NCBI GenBank assembly: GCA_963724765.1
Contig: CAVRVY010000004.1
Coordinates: forward strand, 416,001-480,000
Length of the DNA stretch: 64,000 nucleotides
From: an uncultured delta proteobacterium
Lineage (GTDB): Bacteria; Desulfobacterota; Binatia; Binatales; Binataceae
Reading direction: 5' to 3'
Positions 18,216 through 29,533 of the stretch are shown here, one piece after another. The position numbers and the translations under genes are program-made. The notes below the pieces were generated by a model, which saw nothing but the letters and a program-made list of their open reading frames with translations, had not been told where the DNA came from and searched no databases. Numbering within the stretch: position 1 is the stretch's first letter; every line of letters starts with the position of its first letter.

Positions 18216-20789
18216 TCACTGCGGATGCGCCGGCGGCGCTTCGCGCGATTCGCCGCCGTTGCGCGATGCGCGCGATCGTTCGGCCTCCAACAGCGGACGG
18301 ACCACCGCTGCCTCGCGTTCGATCTCTTCCAGCAGCCACTGCGCGCCTTCGACCGTGCCTTCCCGCGCCAGCCCTTCGAGCTGACTGCACAGCCGCGCCA
18401 TCCGCGCGAGGCCCAGGCTGAGACACGAGCCCTTGAATTCGTGGGCCCGCTCGTCCAACTCACCCACTTGTCCATGAGACGCAGCCTCGCGAATCGAAGC
18501 CACGCGGGAGTTCAGCTCACCATAGAACATATCGATAAGCTCGCCGAGGAAATCGCCGCTATCGCACGAGCGGGACAGGTCCAGCAGTTCAATCATTACT
18601 TCGGGGTCGATACTCTCGCAAGCTGACGTAGCCGCCGTTTTCGACGAACCGTTGTGGCCGTTCGATGTCCCCTTCAACGGAACCCAGCGCGCCAGCGCAG
18701 CCTCCAGCGCCTCCAGCCTCACGGGCTTCGCGATATAGTCATCCATCCCGGCCACGAAGCATCGCTCGCGCGCCCCCTCCTGCGCATACGCGGTCATCGC
18801 GATGACGATCGTGTGCCGGCGGCCCGACTCGCGGCGGCGAATCTCCGCGGTCGTCGCGTAGCCGTCCATCCGCGGCATCTGACAATCCATCAGCACCGCC
18901 GCGTAAGCGCCGCGTGCCATCAAGTCCAGCGCGGCCGGACCGTTGTCGATCGCGTCGGCGGCGTAGCCGAGCTTGCGAAGCTGGTTGAGCGCGAGCTTCT
19001 GGTTGATCGCGTTGTCCTCGACGACCAGCACCCGGATAGTGCGCTCCGGCTGCTGGCGCGCTTGCGGCTCTTCGATCGCCGCACCGTCGGCGCCGCCCTG
19101 GGTTACTTGATTGCGATGTCTCTGCGCCAGCAGTTCGTTCAGGCTTTGCAGGAGTTGCGAGGGCCGGATGGGCCGCGCGATCCGCATGTCGGCATGCGCG
19201 AAATGCTGCGCGCGATTCGAGATTTCCGCGGCCGGCGCGCTTGCTGCGATCATCCAGGTGCGGGCGATGGCCGGGTCCGCCCTGACCGCGCGCATGAGCT
19301 GCGTGCCGCCTGCGGCGGGCAAGCGCAGATCGACGATGGCGGCGTCGTACGGCGTTCCCGCAGCCGCATTTGCGCGCAACAAGCTGAGCGCCTCGGATTC
19401 GTCGGCGGCCGAATCGGCGCGAACACCCCAAGCGTCGAGTCGTTTACGGAGGCTCGCGCGAAGGGTCGCGTTGTCCTCGATCACCAGCAACCTCAGCCGT
19501 GCCAGTCCAGAGCGCGAATCCGACGCAGCGCTGACGAACGGGCGCTGCTTTTGCAACGTCATCGTTAGGCGAAAGACCGATCCGTATCCGGGTTCGCTCT
19601 CGACCTCGATATGCCCGCCCATCCGCTCGACAAGTTGGGCCGAGATGGCAAGCCCAAGGCCCGAGCCGCCATACTTGCGCGTGGTTGAACCGTCAACCTG
19701 TGAGAATGGCTGAAACAGCAGCTTCTGCGCGTCCGGCGCAATTCCGATTCCAGTGTCACGTACTTCGCAGCGCACCGACGCAGTGGCCGCGGACTCCGCC
19801 TCCCTGGCCAGGCGCACCACTATCTCGCCGCGCTCGGTGAACTTGACCGCATTGCTGATCAGGTTCACCAGTACCTGCTGGAGCCGCGCGGGGTCGCCGC
19901 GCAACAGGCGCGGCACGTCATCGTCGGCGTCCAGAATCAGCTCGACGTTGCTTCTTTGCGCGCGCTCGCCGAACAAGCCCACCGCGGTTTCCACCACTTG
20001 CTCGAGGTCGAAGTCGATTTGTTGCAACACGACCTTGCCCGCCGCGAGCTTGGAGAAATCCAGCAGGTCGCTGACCATGCCGAAGAGCAAGTCAGTGCTC
20101 AATTGTACGGTTTCAGCATACTCGCGCTGCTCGGGGCTGAGCTCGGTGCCGAGTAACAACTGGGTCATGCCGATTATGCCGTTGAGCGGAGTGCGGATCT
20201 CGTGGCTCATGTTGCTGAGGAACTCGGAACGAATACGTTCGGCTTCGAGCGCGAGGTCGCGCGCGCGCTTCATCTGCTCTTCGGCAAGCTTGCGTTCGCT
20301 GATGTCGCGCAGAACCACCATCCCACCAAGGATCGTGCCATCGTCGGTCCTGACCGGACACGCGAACACCTCGACCCATAGGTCGGCCGCCATGGTCGGC
20401 CCACGCAGGATGAATTGAGCGTTGTTGACCGCCTCGCCCTGCATCGCACGGGCAAGTGGCCGTTGTTCCATCGCGATTGGCCGTTCGCCGTGCGATAGGA
20501 GTAACTGGTATTTGTCCGCCGCCTTCCTGAGGTCCTCGCCTCTCAAGTCGGCGCCGAATATCACGCTCGCCCCACGGTTGAATTGGACCAGGCGCAAATC
20601 GCGGTCGCAGACCATCACGCCCTCGGCCATGTTGTCGAGCACGAATTGCAAGAGATCGATCTGGTGGCGTGGTTGCAACTCTGAGGCGCCCGACTTGGCG
20701 GCCTCTGTTGCGGCCGATGTGACGCTGCGTCTGGATCGTGCCTTCAGGTATTCCAGCAAGTTCGCTCCAATCCCGGATAAATCCGCCAT
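18216..20789 (-). CDS. Cytoplasmic hybrid sensor kinase (PAS-HisKA-HATPase-REC-REC-Hpt)
   Basis: NMSHEIRTPL, NLISNAVKFT, DTGIGI, GGSGLGLAI, IVDLRLP, LMDCQMP, AHEFKGS; start placed at MADLSG. Confidence 0.92.
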   Translation of the reverse strand: MADLSGIGANLLEYLKARSRRSVTSAATEAAKSGASELQPRHQIDLLQFVLDNMAEGVMVCDRDLRLVQFNRGASVIFGADLRGEDLRKAADKYQLLLSHGERPIAMEQRPLARAMQGEAVNNAQFILRGPTMAADLWVEVFACPVRTDDGTILGGMVVLRDISERKLAEEQMKRARDLALEAERIRSEFLSNMSHEIRTPLNGIIGMTQLLLGTELSPEQREYAETVQLSTDLLFGMVSDLLDFSKLAAGKVVLQQIDFDLEQVVETAVGLFGERAQRSNVELILDADDDVPRLLRGDPARLQQVLVNLISNAVKFTERGEIVVRLAREAESAATASVRCEVRDTGIGIAPDAQKLLFQPFSQVDGSTTRKYGGSGLGLAISAQLVERMGGHIEVESEPGYGSVFRLTMTLQKQRPFVSAASDSRSGLARLRLLVIEDNATLRASLRKRLDAWGVRADSAADESEALSLLRANAAAGTPYDAAIVDLRLPAAGGTQLMRAVRADPAIARTWMIAASAPAAEISNRAQHFAHADMRIARPIRPSQLLQSLNELLAQRHRNQVTQGGADGAAIEEPQARQQPERTIRVLVVEDNAINQKLALNQLRKLGYAADAIDNGPAALDLMARGAYAAVLMDCQMPRMDGYATTAEIRRRESGRRHTIVIAMTAYAQEGARERCFVAGMDDYIAKPVRLEALEAALARWVPLKGTSNGHNGSSKTAATSACESIDPEVMIELLDLSRSCDSGDFLGELIDMFYGELNSRVASIREAASHGQVGELDERAHEFKGSCLSLGLARMARLCSQLEGLAREGTVEGAQWLLEEIEREAAVVRPLLEAERSRASRNGGESREAPPAHPQ

Positions 20790-21490
20790 CGCTACGCCTC
20801 GCACGCCTACCGACTCAACGCGGGCCCGCCTTGGCCATTGGGAGCCCGAACGGTTTAACAATCGCACCACGACGCAGCCTGCAGGCGACTGCCGGTCGAT
20901 GCGATAGGAAGCTCGCACCGAACGCGACACGATGCAGAATTTGTGCCTAGATGAGCGATATGATGCATCGATGACCAATATTCATGCTCATTAGCCACAC
21001 AGCTTCATTCGTCGTTCACGAAATATGCCTTATTAGTCAATATTGGTCATAAATAGGCACCGCTCTGCGAAACTGGGATGCTCACTCGGAATTCAGTTCA
21101 CAACTCTCGGTGCAAGATTGCCCGCCGTGTCGTAGCTTCGCCACAAGGGCGGACCTGGATTGTGGCTAACTTTCAACAGCCTATGATCCTTTGTCCACAA
21201 ATATTTCTTTCGAATTTTCGCAGACCTGAGCCTTTTTAGCTTTATCTATGCATCAGATTCCTCTGCGCAACAATTAGTTGCCCGCACCATCTATGCGACC
21301 TTCGTCGATGATGCTAGACAGGCAATGACAGCTTCTACGCAGCGCAACTATGCTGTCAGCCGCGTGCGACGCTTTTTCGACAGGCGCTTTCTGGCGCCTT
21401 GTGAGGGGGGGGACCGGCGGAGATTCCTTCCGGCACCCTCTGATGATTCTCTGGCAAGCCGCGGCTGTTTGCAGGTTCGAGGGAGCGATA

Positions 21491-21724
21491 ATGACTCGAG
21501 ATAGTGACCGGCCGCTGTTCGGGCGACAGAGCAAGGTGATGACCGTGGAGGAGGTGTCCGAATATTTGCACGTGCATCCTTCCACCATCTACCGGCTGAT
21601 CAAGCGACGTAAGATTCCGGCCTTTCGGATCGGCAGCGACTGGCGCTTCAACATCGAGACGATCGACAAATGGCGTTCGGAAATGGAAGCGGGCGCTCCC
21701 GGTCCTCCCAAGGGCAAACCTTGA
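21491..21724 (+). CDS. Excisionase/BldC-like HTH_17 DNA-binding protein
   Basis: VMTVEEVSEYLHVHPSTIYRLIKRRKIPAFRIGSDWRF; GAGGGAG RBS. Confidence 0.85.
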   Translation: MTRDSDRPLFGRQSKVMTVEEVSEYLHVHPSTIYRLIKRRKIPAFRIGSDWRFNIETIDKWRSEMEAGAPGPPKGKP

Positions 21725-21854
21725 GCAAGACCTGCCTGCCCGATACAGGAGATCGCCCGCATTCCTCGAGCCTTTCTGTGGTCGCTGGAACGCAATTCCC
21801 GCGGCGACTTCAGTAGCGCACGGCCCACACTTTTTTACGAACCCGTCTGACCGA

Positions 21855-21919
21855 ATCCGTTAGCCGATCCGTTAGACCAGATCCATTAGCTCCAAATCGG
21901 TTAGCTCAAAATCCGTTAG
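21855..21919. repeat. Five direct repeats of an ATCCGTTAG core
   Basis: Cores at 21855, 21867, 21881, 21896, 21911; two carry one mismatch. Confidence 0.8.
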
Positions 21920-21955
21920 CCATGAAAGCGCCGGCCGCACTAAGATGCGGCTGCT

Positions 21956-23128
21956 ATGAGCAAGCTTCCGCTCTCCCGCTTCAAGGTCATCGACCTTACT
22001 CGCGCGCGCTCGGGCCCCACCGCCGTGCGCCAGCTCGCCGACTGGGGCGCCGATGTGCTGAAGATCGAAACACCGGACAACAACGCCACCGAGGTCGGTT
22101 CGCGCGCGAGTCCCGATTTCCAGAACCTGCATCGCAACAAGCGCAGCCTTACGCTTAACCTCAAGGACCCCGAGGCGCTCGCAATCCTCAAGCGCCTGGT
22201 TGAGCAGGCCGACGTGCTGGTCGAAAACTATCGTCCCGGCGTCAAGCGACGGCTCGGCATCGATTACGAGCATCTGCGAGCGATCAACCCGCGGCTGGTG
22301 TATGCGAGTATCTCCGGGTTCGGCCAGGAGGGCCCTTACGCCGACCGCCCGGGCCTCGACCAGATTGCGCAGGGGATGGGCGGACTGATGTCGATAACCG
22401 GGCTCGCGGGCCAGGGGCCGGTCCGCGTCGGCATCGCGATCGCCGATCTAAGCGCCGGGGTTTTCTGCGCGATGGGCATCCTGCTCGCGCTGCTGGAGCG
22501 CGAGGAGTCGGGCGAGGGACAGTGGGTGCAAACCTCGCTGCTCGCGGCGCAGGTCGCGATGCTGGATTTTCAGGCGGCGCGCTGGCTGCTCGGCAGGGAA
22601 GTACCGGAGCAGGCCGGCAACAATCATCCGACCGCGATTCCGACTGGCGTATTTGCCACGGCCGACGGGCACATCAATATCGCGGGCTCCGGCCATGAAC
22701 TGTTCACTCGCCTGTGCAAGGCGCTCGGGGCCGAGCAGCTCGCCGCCGATCCGGAGTACTCAAGCGGCAAGGCCCGGCTGCACAACCGCGACCGGCTAAA
22801 CGCGGCTATCGAGGCGATCACCCGCACCCGGCCATCAGCCGAATGGATCGAGATTCTCAACCGCGCAGGCGTTCCCTGCGGCCCGATCTATCGCATCGAT
22901 CAGGTATTCGCCGACCCGCAGGTGCGGCACATCGGAATCGCGCGCGCGGTTGAGAGCCCCGCGCATGGACGCCAGGAGCTGGTCGGCCAAGCGGTGGACC
23001 TGAGCCGCACACCGTGGCAGTTGCGAGCGCCGACGCCCGAGAAAGGCGAGCATACCGATGCCGTGCTGATCGCACTCGGATACGACGCGGCCGCGATCGC
23101 CAGACTGCGAGCGCGCGGCGCGATCTGA
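21956..23128 (+). CDS. CaiB/BaiF family III CoA-transferase
   Basis: IDLTRARSGP, LADWGADVLKIE, HRNKRSLTLNLK, ENYRPG, SISGFGQEGP, catalytic Asp region PGLDQIAQ. Confidence 0.93.
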   Translation: MSKLPLSRFKVIDLTRARSGPTAVRQLADWGADVLKIETPDNNATEVGSRASPDFQNLHRNKRSLTLNLKDPEALAILKRLVEQADVLVENYRPGVKRRLGIDYEHLRAINPRLVYASISGFGQEGPYADRPGLDQIAQGMGGLMSITGLAGQGPVRVGIAIADLSAGVFCAMGILLALLEREESGEGQWVQTSLLAAQVAMLDFQAARWLLGREVPEQAGNNHPTAIPTGVFATADGHINIAGSGHELFTRLCKALGAEQLAADPEYSSGKARLHNRDRLNAAIEAITRTRPSAEWIEILNRAGVPCGPIYRIDQVFADPQVRHIGIARAVESPAHGRQELVGQAVDLSRTPWQLRAPTPEKGEHTDAVLIALGYDAAAIARLRARGAI

Positions 23129-23242
23129 GAGAGTCCATTTGAGCCATCCGCAATTGCAACCGGCAATTGTGATCCGCAATTGCCGGCTGTGAACACGAAC
23201 CCCCTTGCCCGCGCCGATGCTGTTGGCTAGCCTGCATCCGTC

Positions 23243-23806
23243 TTGAGAAATCCCCGATTCATATTCGCGGCAGGCGCGCTCGCGCTGGTTATGGCGACGG
23301 CTTTGCCGATCAATGGCGGAGCGGAAGACGCGGCGGCTGGAAAGATCAACATCAACGTCGCGTGCCGTTGCCCCGACGCCGTAGGGCAAAATTTCTGCGC
23401 GGTCTTCAAGCAGAAAATCCAGAAGTCGGTTGGCTATCAACTGGCTGACAATACCAACGGGTATGGGATGGGCGTGCACCTTGCCTGCGAGGACATGTGG
23501 AAGGGCATCGACAACAAGCTCGCCGGCCGCATGTCCGCGGTATCCGTGACCTTCACGATTTACTCTGACAAGCTGCCGGGCGAGGTGTTCGAGGATTCTT
23601 CCGTGTTTCGGGTCGGCAAAGACAAGGTGCCCGAAATGTCGGATCAGATTGTCATCGGGCTGGGCCAGTTCGTCAGCGCTAATTCCAGTTTCTTCGAAAG
23701 CATGCGCGCAAGCGCCAACGCGTCCTCGCCCGCGCCTTCCACAGAACCGTCGTCCGAACCGTCGTCAGAATCTTCGTCCGAACCCTCGCCCGTTGCTTCG
23801 CCTTAG
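23243..23806 (+). CDS. Secreted hypothetical protein with Cys residues and SSEP-repeat tail
   Basis: Signal peptide, CRCPD, GC3-biased frame, C-terminal SSEP/SSES repeats. Confidence 0.7.
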   Translation: MRNPRFIFAAGALALVMATALPINGGAEDAAAGKININVACRCPDAVGQNFCAVFKQKIQKSVGYQLADNTNGYGMGVHLACEDMWKGIDNKLAGRMSAVSVTFTIYSDKLPGEVFEDSSVFRVGKDKVPEMSDQIVIGLGQFVSANSSFFESMRASANASSPAPSTEPSSEPSSESSSEPSPVASP

Positions 23807-23895
23807 AAGCGTTCCTTCGACTTGGAAGCGCTCCTTCGTCTTGGAAGAAGAACTTCCATCGCTTCTGTAGTCGCGCGCTCGGACTAGCCGGCGGC

Positions 23896-24747
23896 TCAGC
23901 TCTGCTGCTGCGGAGCGAAAAAAGCGATCGTGCGGGCCTCGATACTCTCGCGGGGAGCGGGGTCGGGCGGCGACGTCGGATCGTCGAACGCCGTATGCGC
24001 GGTCCATCGCGCACGCCCATCAACGGATGAGTCGTAACACTTGAGCAGCAGCGCCTCGTCGCGCTGCATCCGTGGAAAATAAAACCATCGATGCTCCGGG
24101 CTGAAGGCCACCGAGTAGACTTCGCCGGTGCGGTCGCGGTACTTGAGGTCGGTCGGCACGAAGTCGGCAAGGCGCATGCTTTGCGCGTCGCATACCGCAA
24201 GCGGCGCTTCTTCCACCGGGCCGCGAATCGGCCGCCACACGTTGATGAAAACGAACCGGTTCTTCAGCAGCGCTTCGGCCTCGTCGCCCATCAGGTCGCG
24301 CACACGCTGCGGACCGGACTTAAGCGTGTAGTCGTTATGCGCGAAGCGAACGGGCTCGCGCGCACCGTTCAGCCCCTGCTTCGCCATCGGACCGCATCGC
24401 ACGTTGTGATCGAACACCAGCACTCGCACGGCGCCGGTCGCCTGCCTCACCAGCCGCTCGACCTCGGGATAATAGACCGCACGGACTTCGGCTTCGTCAT
24501 AGAAATTCACGATCGCGGTCGGATGGCGCACCAGCGCGAAGCCCTGGCCGTCCAGCGTCAATCGCTCGTTGACAGTGCGGCCGTTAAGAATCGCCATCGT
24601 GTGCTTGATGTTCTGGTAGGTCCGCTGCGGCGTCCCGTCCTCGGTCTTGTACATGAAAGTGACCGGCTTTTCCGCCGTCACGGCGAGGTAGTTTAGCGGG
24701 GCTTCTACACGACCAACCGTCGTGTCGATGTGCGTGCTCTCGTCCAT
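23896..24747 (-). CDS. CmcJ/NvfI-family oxidoreductase (Fe/2OG-like)
   Basis: LDGQGF, YYPEVE, FDHNVR, AHNDYT (HxD), INVWRP, PLAVCD, AHTAF, RESIEAR. Confidence 0.85.
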   Translation of the reverse strand: MDESTHIDTTVGRVEAPLNYLAVTAEKPVTFMYKTEDGTPQRTYQNIKHTMAILNGRTVNERLTLDGQGFALVRHPTAIVNFYDEAEVRAVYYPEVERLVRQATGAVRVLVFDHNVRCGPMAKQGLNGAREPVRFAHNDYTLKSGPQRVRDLMGDEAEALLKNRFVFINVWRPIRGPVEEAPLAVCDAQSMRLADFVPTDLKYRDRTGEVYSVAFSPEHRWFYFPRMQRDEALLLKCYDSSVDGRARWTAHTAFDDPTSPPDPAPRESIEARTIAFFAPQQQS

Positions 24748-24923
24748 GTTGTGTGGCCTGCCTTCTGCGTTCGTCGTTACAACGAACTGCTATGACTGAT
24801 CAGATACTAGAGCAATTCCCGTGCTCGGGAGAATACTGAAGAAATCACTGGATTTCTAACCCCAAGCGCTTTCCTGAAATGCGAGAAAGCACGGGCGGCG
24901 GGCGGTTATTCGCAAAACGCCGA

Positions 24924-26402
24924 TCAGGCAGTAGATTCGATGCGTTCCAGCGCGGCACGCAATCGGGCGGCGGTGCGCGCCTTTCCGAGCACCGCGATCA
25001 CCTCGTAAATACCCGGGCTTATCGTGCCGCCGGTCAGCGCCACGCGCACCGGCTGCGCCAGTTGTCCGAGCTTCAATCCGAACCGCTCCAGCACCCGCTC
25101 GAACGCCGTCTGGATGCTCGCCTCGTTGAAGTCGCCGTCAATCGATTCGATCCCGTGCGATTCGATGTCGATCGATTCGATCTCTTGCGCGAGCGCCTTT
25201 AGCGGCTCAACGATCTCCGGCTTGAGAAACTTCGCGGCGGCCTTGGGATCGATCGTAATGGCATTGCTCAAATAGAACTTCGCGAAGTCGACCAGTTCGA
25301 CCAAGGTCTTGGCGCGCTCGCGCAGCGTCGCGATCATTTTTTCGAGCCAGGCCTCGTCGCCGGGAATTTGCGTGTAACCGGCGCGCTCGATAAACGGGCG
25401 CACCTCACGCGCGAGTTGTTCAAGCGGCCGATCCTTCATGTAATGAAAATTCAGCCACAGAAGCTTCTCGGCGTTGAAAATTCCCGCCGACTTGCCGCAG
25501 GCGGCGAAATCGAAAAACTCGATTAGCTCTTTTTTGGAAAAAATCTCCTGGTCGCCGTGCGACCACCCCAGCCGCGCCAGGTAGTTGAGCAGCGCCTCGG
25601 GAAAGTAGCCGGCGTCGCGGTAGGCAAAGACCGACGTCGCGCCGTGACGCTTGGAAAGCTTCTGCCCGTCCGGCCCCATCACCATCGGCAGATGCGCATA
25701 CTCGGGCGGCTTCAGCCCGAGCGCGAAGAAGATCTGCATCTGCCGCGGCGTGTTGGGCAGATGGTCGTCGCCGCGCACGACGTGGGTGACGCCGAAGTCG
25801 GCGTCGTCGAGCACGGTGGCGAAGTTGTAGGTCGGTACGCCGTCGGAGCGAAAAATGATGAGATCGTCGAGCTCGGCGTTGTCGAACACGGCGCGGCCCT
25901 TGATGTGATCCGCAACCACGGTCTCGCCGGTGCGCGGCGTGCGAAAACGAATCGTGTAGTTGCGGCCGGCGCGCTTGTCGGGCAGCGCGAGGTCCGCGGG
26001 AAACGGGAGGTCGCGGCACTTGCCGTCGTAGCCGGGCTTGCGATGCTCGCGTTCGGCTTGCTTGCGCTTGGCGTCCAGTTCCTCCGCGGTGCAGTAGCAG
26101 GGGTAAGCTTTTTTCTCGCGCAGCAACTGCAGCGCGCCCGCGCGATAACGATCGAAGCGGCTCGATTGAAAGTAATGGCGGTCGGGCGGCCCTTTGTCCC
26201 ACTCCATCCCGAGCCAGCGCAGACTCTCGAGAATCTCCGCGAGCGACTCCGCGGTGGAGCGCTCCTGGTCGGTGTCGTCGATGCGCAGGATGAATTCGCC
26301 GCCGTTGTGTCGCGCGAACAGGTAGGCGAACAATCCCGAACGCACGTTGCCGATATGCAGTGCACCGGTCGGACTCGGCGCGTAGCGGGTACGAACGGTC
26401 AC
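24924..26402 (-). CDS. gltX: Glutamate--tRNA ligase
   Basis: RYAPSPTGALHIGN, LRIDDTD, CYC, RGDDH, KLSKRHG; GTG start. Confidence 0.96.
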   Translation of the reverse strand: MTVRTRYAPSPTGALHIGNVRSGLFAYLFARHNGGEFILRIDDTDQERSTAESLAEILESLRWLGMEWDKGPPDRHYFQSSRFDRYRAGALQLLREKKAYPCYCTAEELDAKRKQAEREHRKPGYDGKCRDLPFPADLALPDKRAGRNYTIRFRTPRTGETVVADHIKGRAVFDNAELDDLIIFRSDGVPTYNFATVLDDADFGVTHVVRGDDHLPNTPRQMQIFFALGLKPPEYAHLPMVMGPDGQKLSKRHGATSVFAYRDAGYFPEALLNYLARLGWSHGDQEIFSKKELIEFFDFAACGKSAGIFNAEKLLWLNFHYMKDRPLEQLAREVRPFIERAGYTQIPGDEAWLEKMIATLRERAKTLVELVDFAKFYLSNAITIDPKAAAKFLKPEIVEPLKALAQEIESIDIESHGIESIDGDFNEASIQTAFERVLERFGLKLGQLAQPVRVALTGGTISPGIYEVIAVLGKARTAARLRAALERIESTA

Positions 26403-26409
26403 GCTGTAG

Positions 26410-27942
<1,533 letters not shown>

Positions 27943-28062
27943 GAAATCCGACCTGCCGTTAACTATATCGAAGCCGGCGCGGGCGGCGAAATGCATGCGG
28001 CGCGCGCCTTTCCACAATGCACACGCCGCGTCGCCCCGGCGCGGTCACCAGGTTGTTCGTGT

Positions 28063-29532
28063 TCACCTTCTCTTTTTCGGCGCTTTCGTGGGTGTCTTCC
28101 GCAGTGGCTTTTTGGGCGATTCCCTGGGCCGCACAACGCCGGTCGCGCGCGCCTCGGCCCAGGTGCGCCCGGTGCGGCGGAAACTCAGCAGCAGCGGCGT
28201 ACCAACCAACTTAAGCGCCGCGCGAAAGCGGGTGGCGAGGAAACGCAGATAGTGCGCCGGAATATCGCGCTCGACGTTGGCGAAAAACGCGAGGCGCGGC
28301 GGCGAATGGCCGACCTGCGTGACGTACATCAGCTTGAGCCGGCGCCGCTCGATCATCGGCGGGTCCATCGCGGCGGTGGCCTCGGCCAGAATCCGGTTAA
28401 GCTGCGCGGTCTGGAAAGTCGCGCGCCACGAATCGACCGCCTTCATCGCAGCCGGGATGATCTTGTCGACGCCGTCGCCGGTCAGCGCCGAGGTGAACAG
28501 CATCTCGGCAAACGCCAGAAACGGCACCTGCTCTTGCGCGTCGCGCACGAACGCCGCGACCCGGCGTCCCTCTTTCGCCGCGAGGTCCCACTTGTTGCAG
28601 ACCAGGACCAGCGCCCGGCCTTCGCTTTCGACCAGCCGCGCCAGGCGCGCGTCCTGATCGGTGACACTCTCGGTCGAATCGATCACGAGAACGAGCACCT
28701 CGGCGCGGCGGATGGTTTCGATCGCGCGGCCGACCGAGAAATGCTCGAGTTCGCCCTCGACCCTGGTGGGCCGGCGGATTCCGGCGGTGTCGATCAGGAG
28801 CACGTCGCGGTCGGCGGCGCGAAACCGCACGTCAACCGGATCGCGCGTGGTGCCTGGAGTGTCGTCGACGATCGCGCGCTCGAAACCGGCGAGGCGATTG
28901 AGCAGCGACGATTTGCCGACGTTGGGACGGCCGATGAGCGCGAGCCTCAGATCGGGCGGCGAGGACGCCCCGGCCTCGGCGGCGGGCAGGCGCTCGACAA
29001 CTTCGTCGAGCAACTCCTCGACGCCGCGTCCGTGAGCCGCCGAGACGAGCAGCATCGGCGAGACGCCCAGCGCATGATACTCGCCGGCCACTGCTTCCAT
29101 CCCGGCGCGGTCCATCTTGTTGATCGCGGCGACCATCGGGCGTCCGGTCTCACGAATCAACGCGATCGCCTCGCGGTCGCCGGGACCGAGGCCGGCCCGC
29201 CCGTCGAGCATGAAGACCACGACGTCAGCCAACGCGACCGCGCGCAACGCGCCCTCGGCGACCCGCTCGCCAAGGCGCTCGCGTCCGCCCAATTCGAGCC
29301 CGCCGCTATCGACGACGAAAAAATTGCGTCCGCGATGCTCCGCCTGGCCAACGTTGAGGTCACGCGTAGTGCCGGCGACAGGACTTACGATCGCACGGCG
29401 ACCGCGCGCGATACGGTTGAACAGCGTCGATTTGCCGGCATTGGCGCACCCGACCAGCACCACGACCGGCACGCCTTCGGGCAGCGCGGACAGTGCACCC
29501 GCGCGGCCAGCGATGTTCGCGGCCGGCTTCAT
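28063..29532 (-). CDS. der: Ribosome biogenesis GTPase Der (EngA)
   Basis: Two GTPase domains (GCANAGKS...GTTRD; GRPNVGKS...DTAGIRR, NKWD) plus C-terminal domain. Confidence 0.95.
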   Translation of the reverse strand: MKPAANIAGRAGALSALPEGVPVVVLVGCANAGKSTLFNRIARGRRAIVSPVAGTTRDLNVGQAEHRGRNFFVVDSGGLELGGRERLGERVAEGALRAVALADVVVFMLDGRAGLGPGDREAIALIRETGRPMVAAINKMDRAGMEAVAGEYHALGVSPMLLVSAAHGRGVEELLDEVVERLPAAEAGASSPPDLRLALIGRPNVGKSSLLNRLAGFERAIVDDTPGTTRDPVDVRFRAADRDVLLIDTAGIRRPTRVEGELEHFSVGRAIETIRRAEVLVLVIDSTESVTDQDARLARLVESEGRALVLVCNKWDLAAKEGRRVAAFVRDAQEQVPFLAFAEMLFTSALTGDGVDKIIPAAMKAVDSWRATFQTAQLNRILAEATAAMDPPMIERRRLKLMYVTQVGHSPPRLAFFANVERDIPAHYLRFLATRFRAALKLVGTPLLLSFRRTGRTWAEARATGVVRPRESPKKPLRKTPTKAPKKRR

Positions 29533-29533
29533 C

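Noticed and set aside
20950-21280. AT-rich region as oriC
   Set aside because: Only one imperfect DnaA box (TTGTCCACA at 21191) and no dnaA/dnaN context
21491-21724. Prophage or ICE implied by the excisionase-like gene
   Set aside because: No integrase, tRNA att site or phage genes nearby
21855-21919. Direct-repeat arrays as mini-CRISPR
   Set aside because: Units are too short, there are no unique spacers and no cas genes
24750-24920. tRNA-Gln/Glu often found next to gltX
   Set aside because: No cloverleaf or T-loop motif seen on either strand
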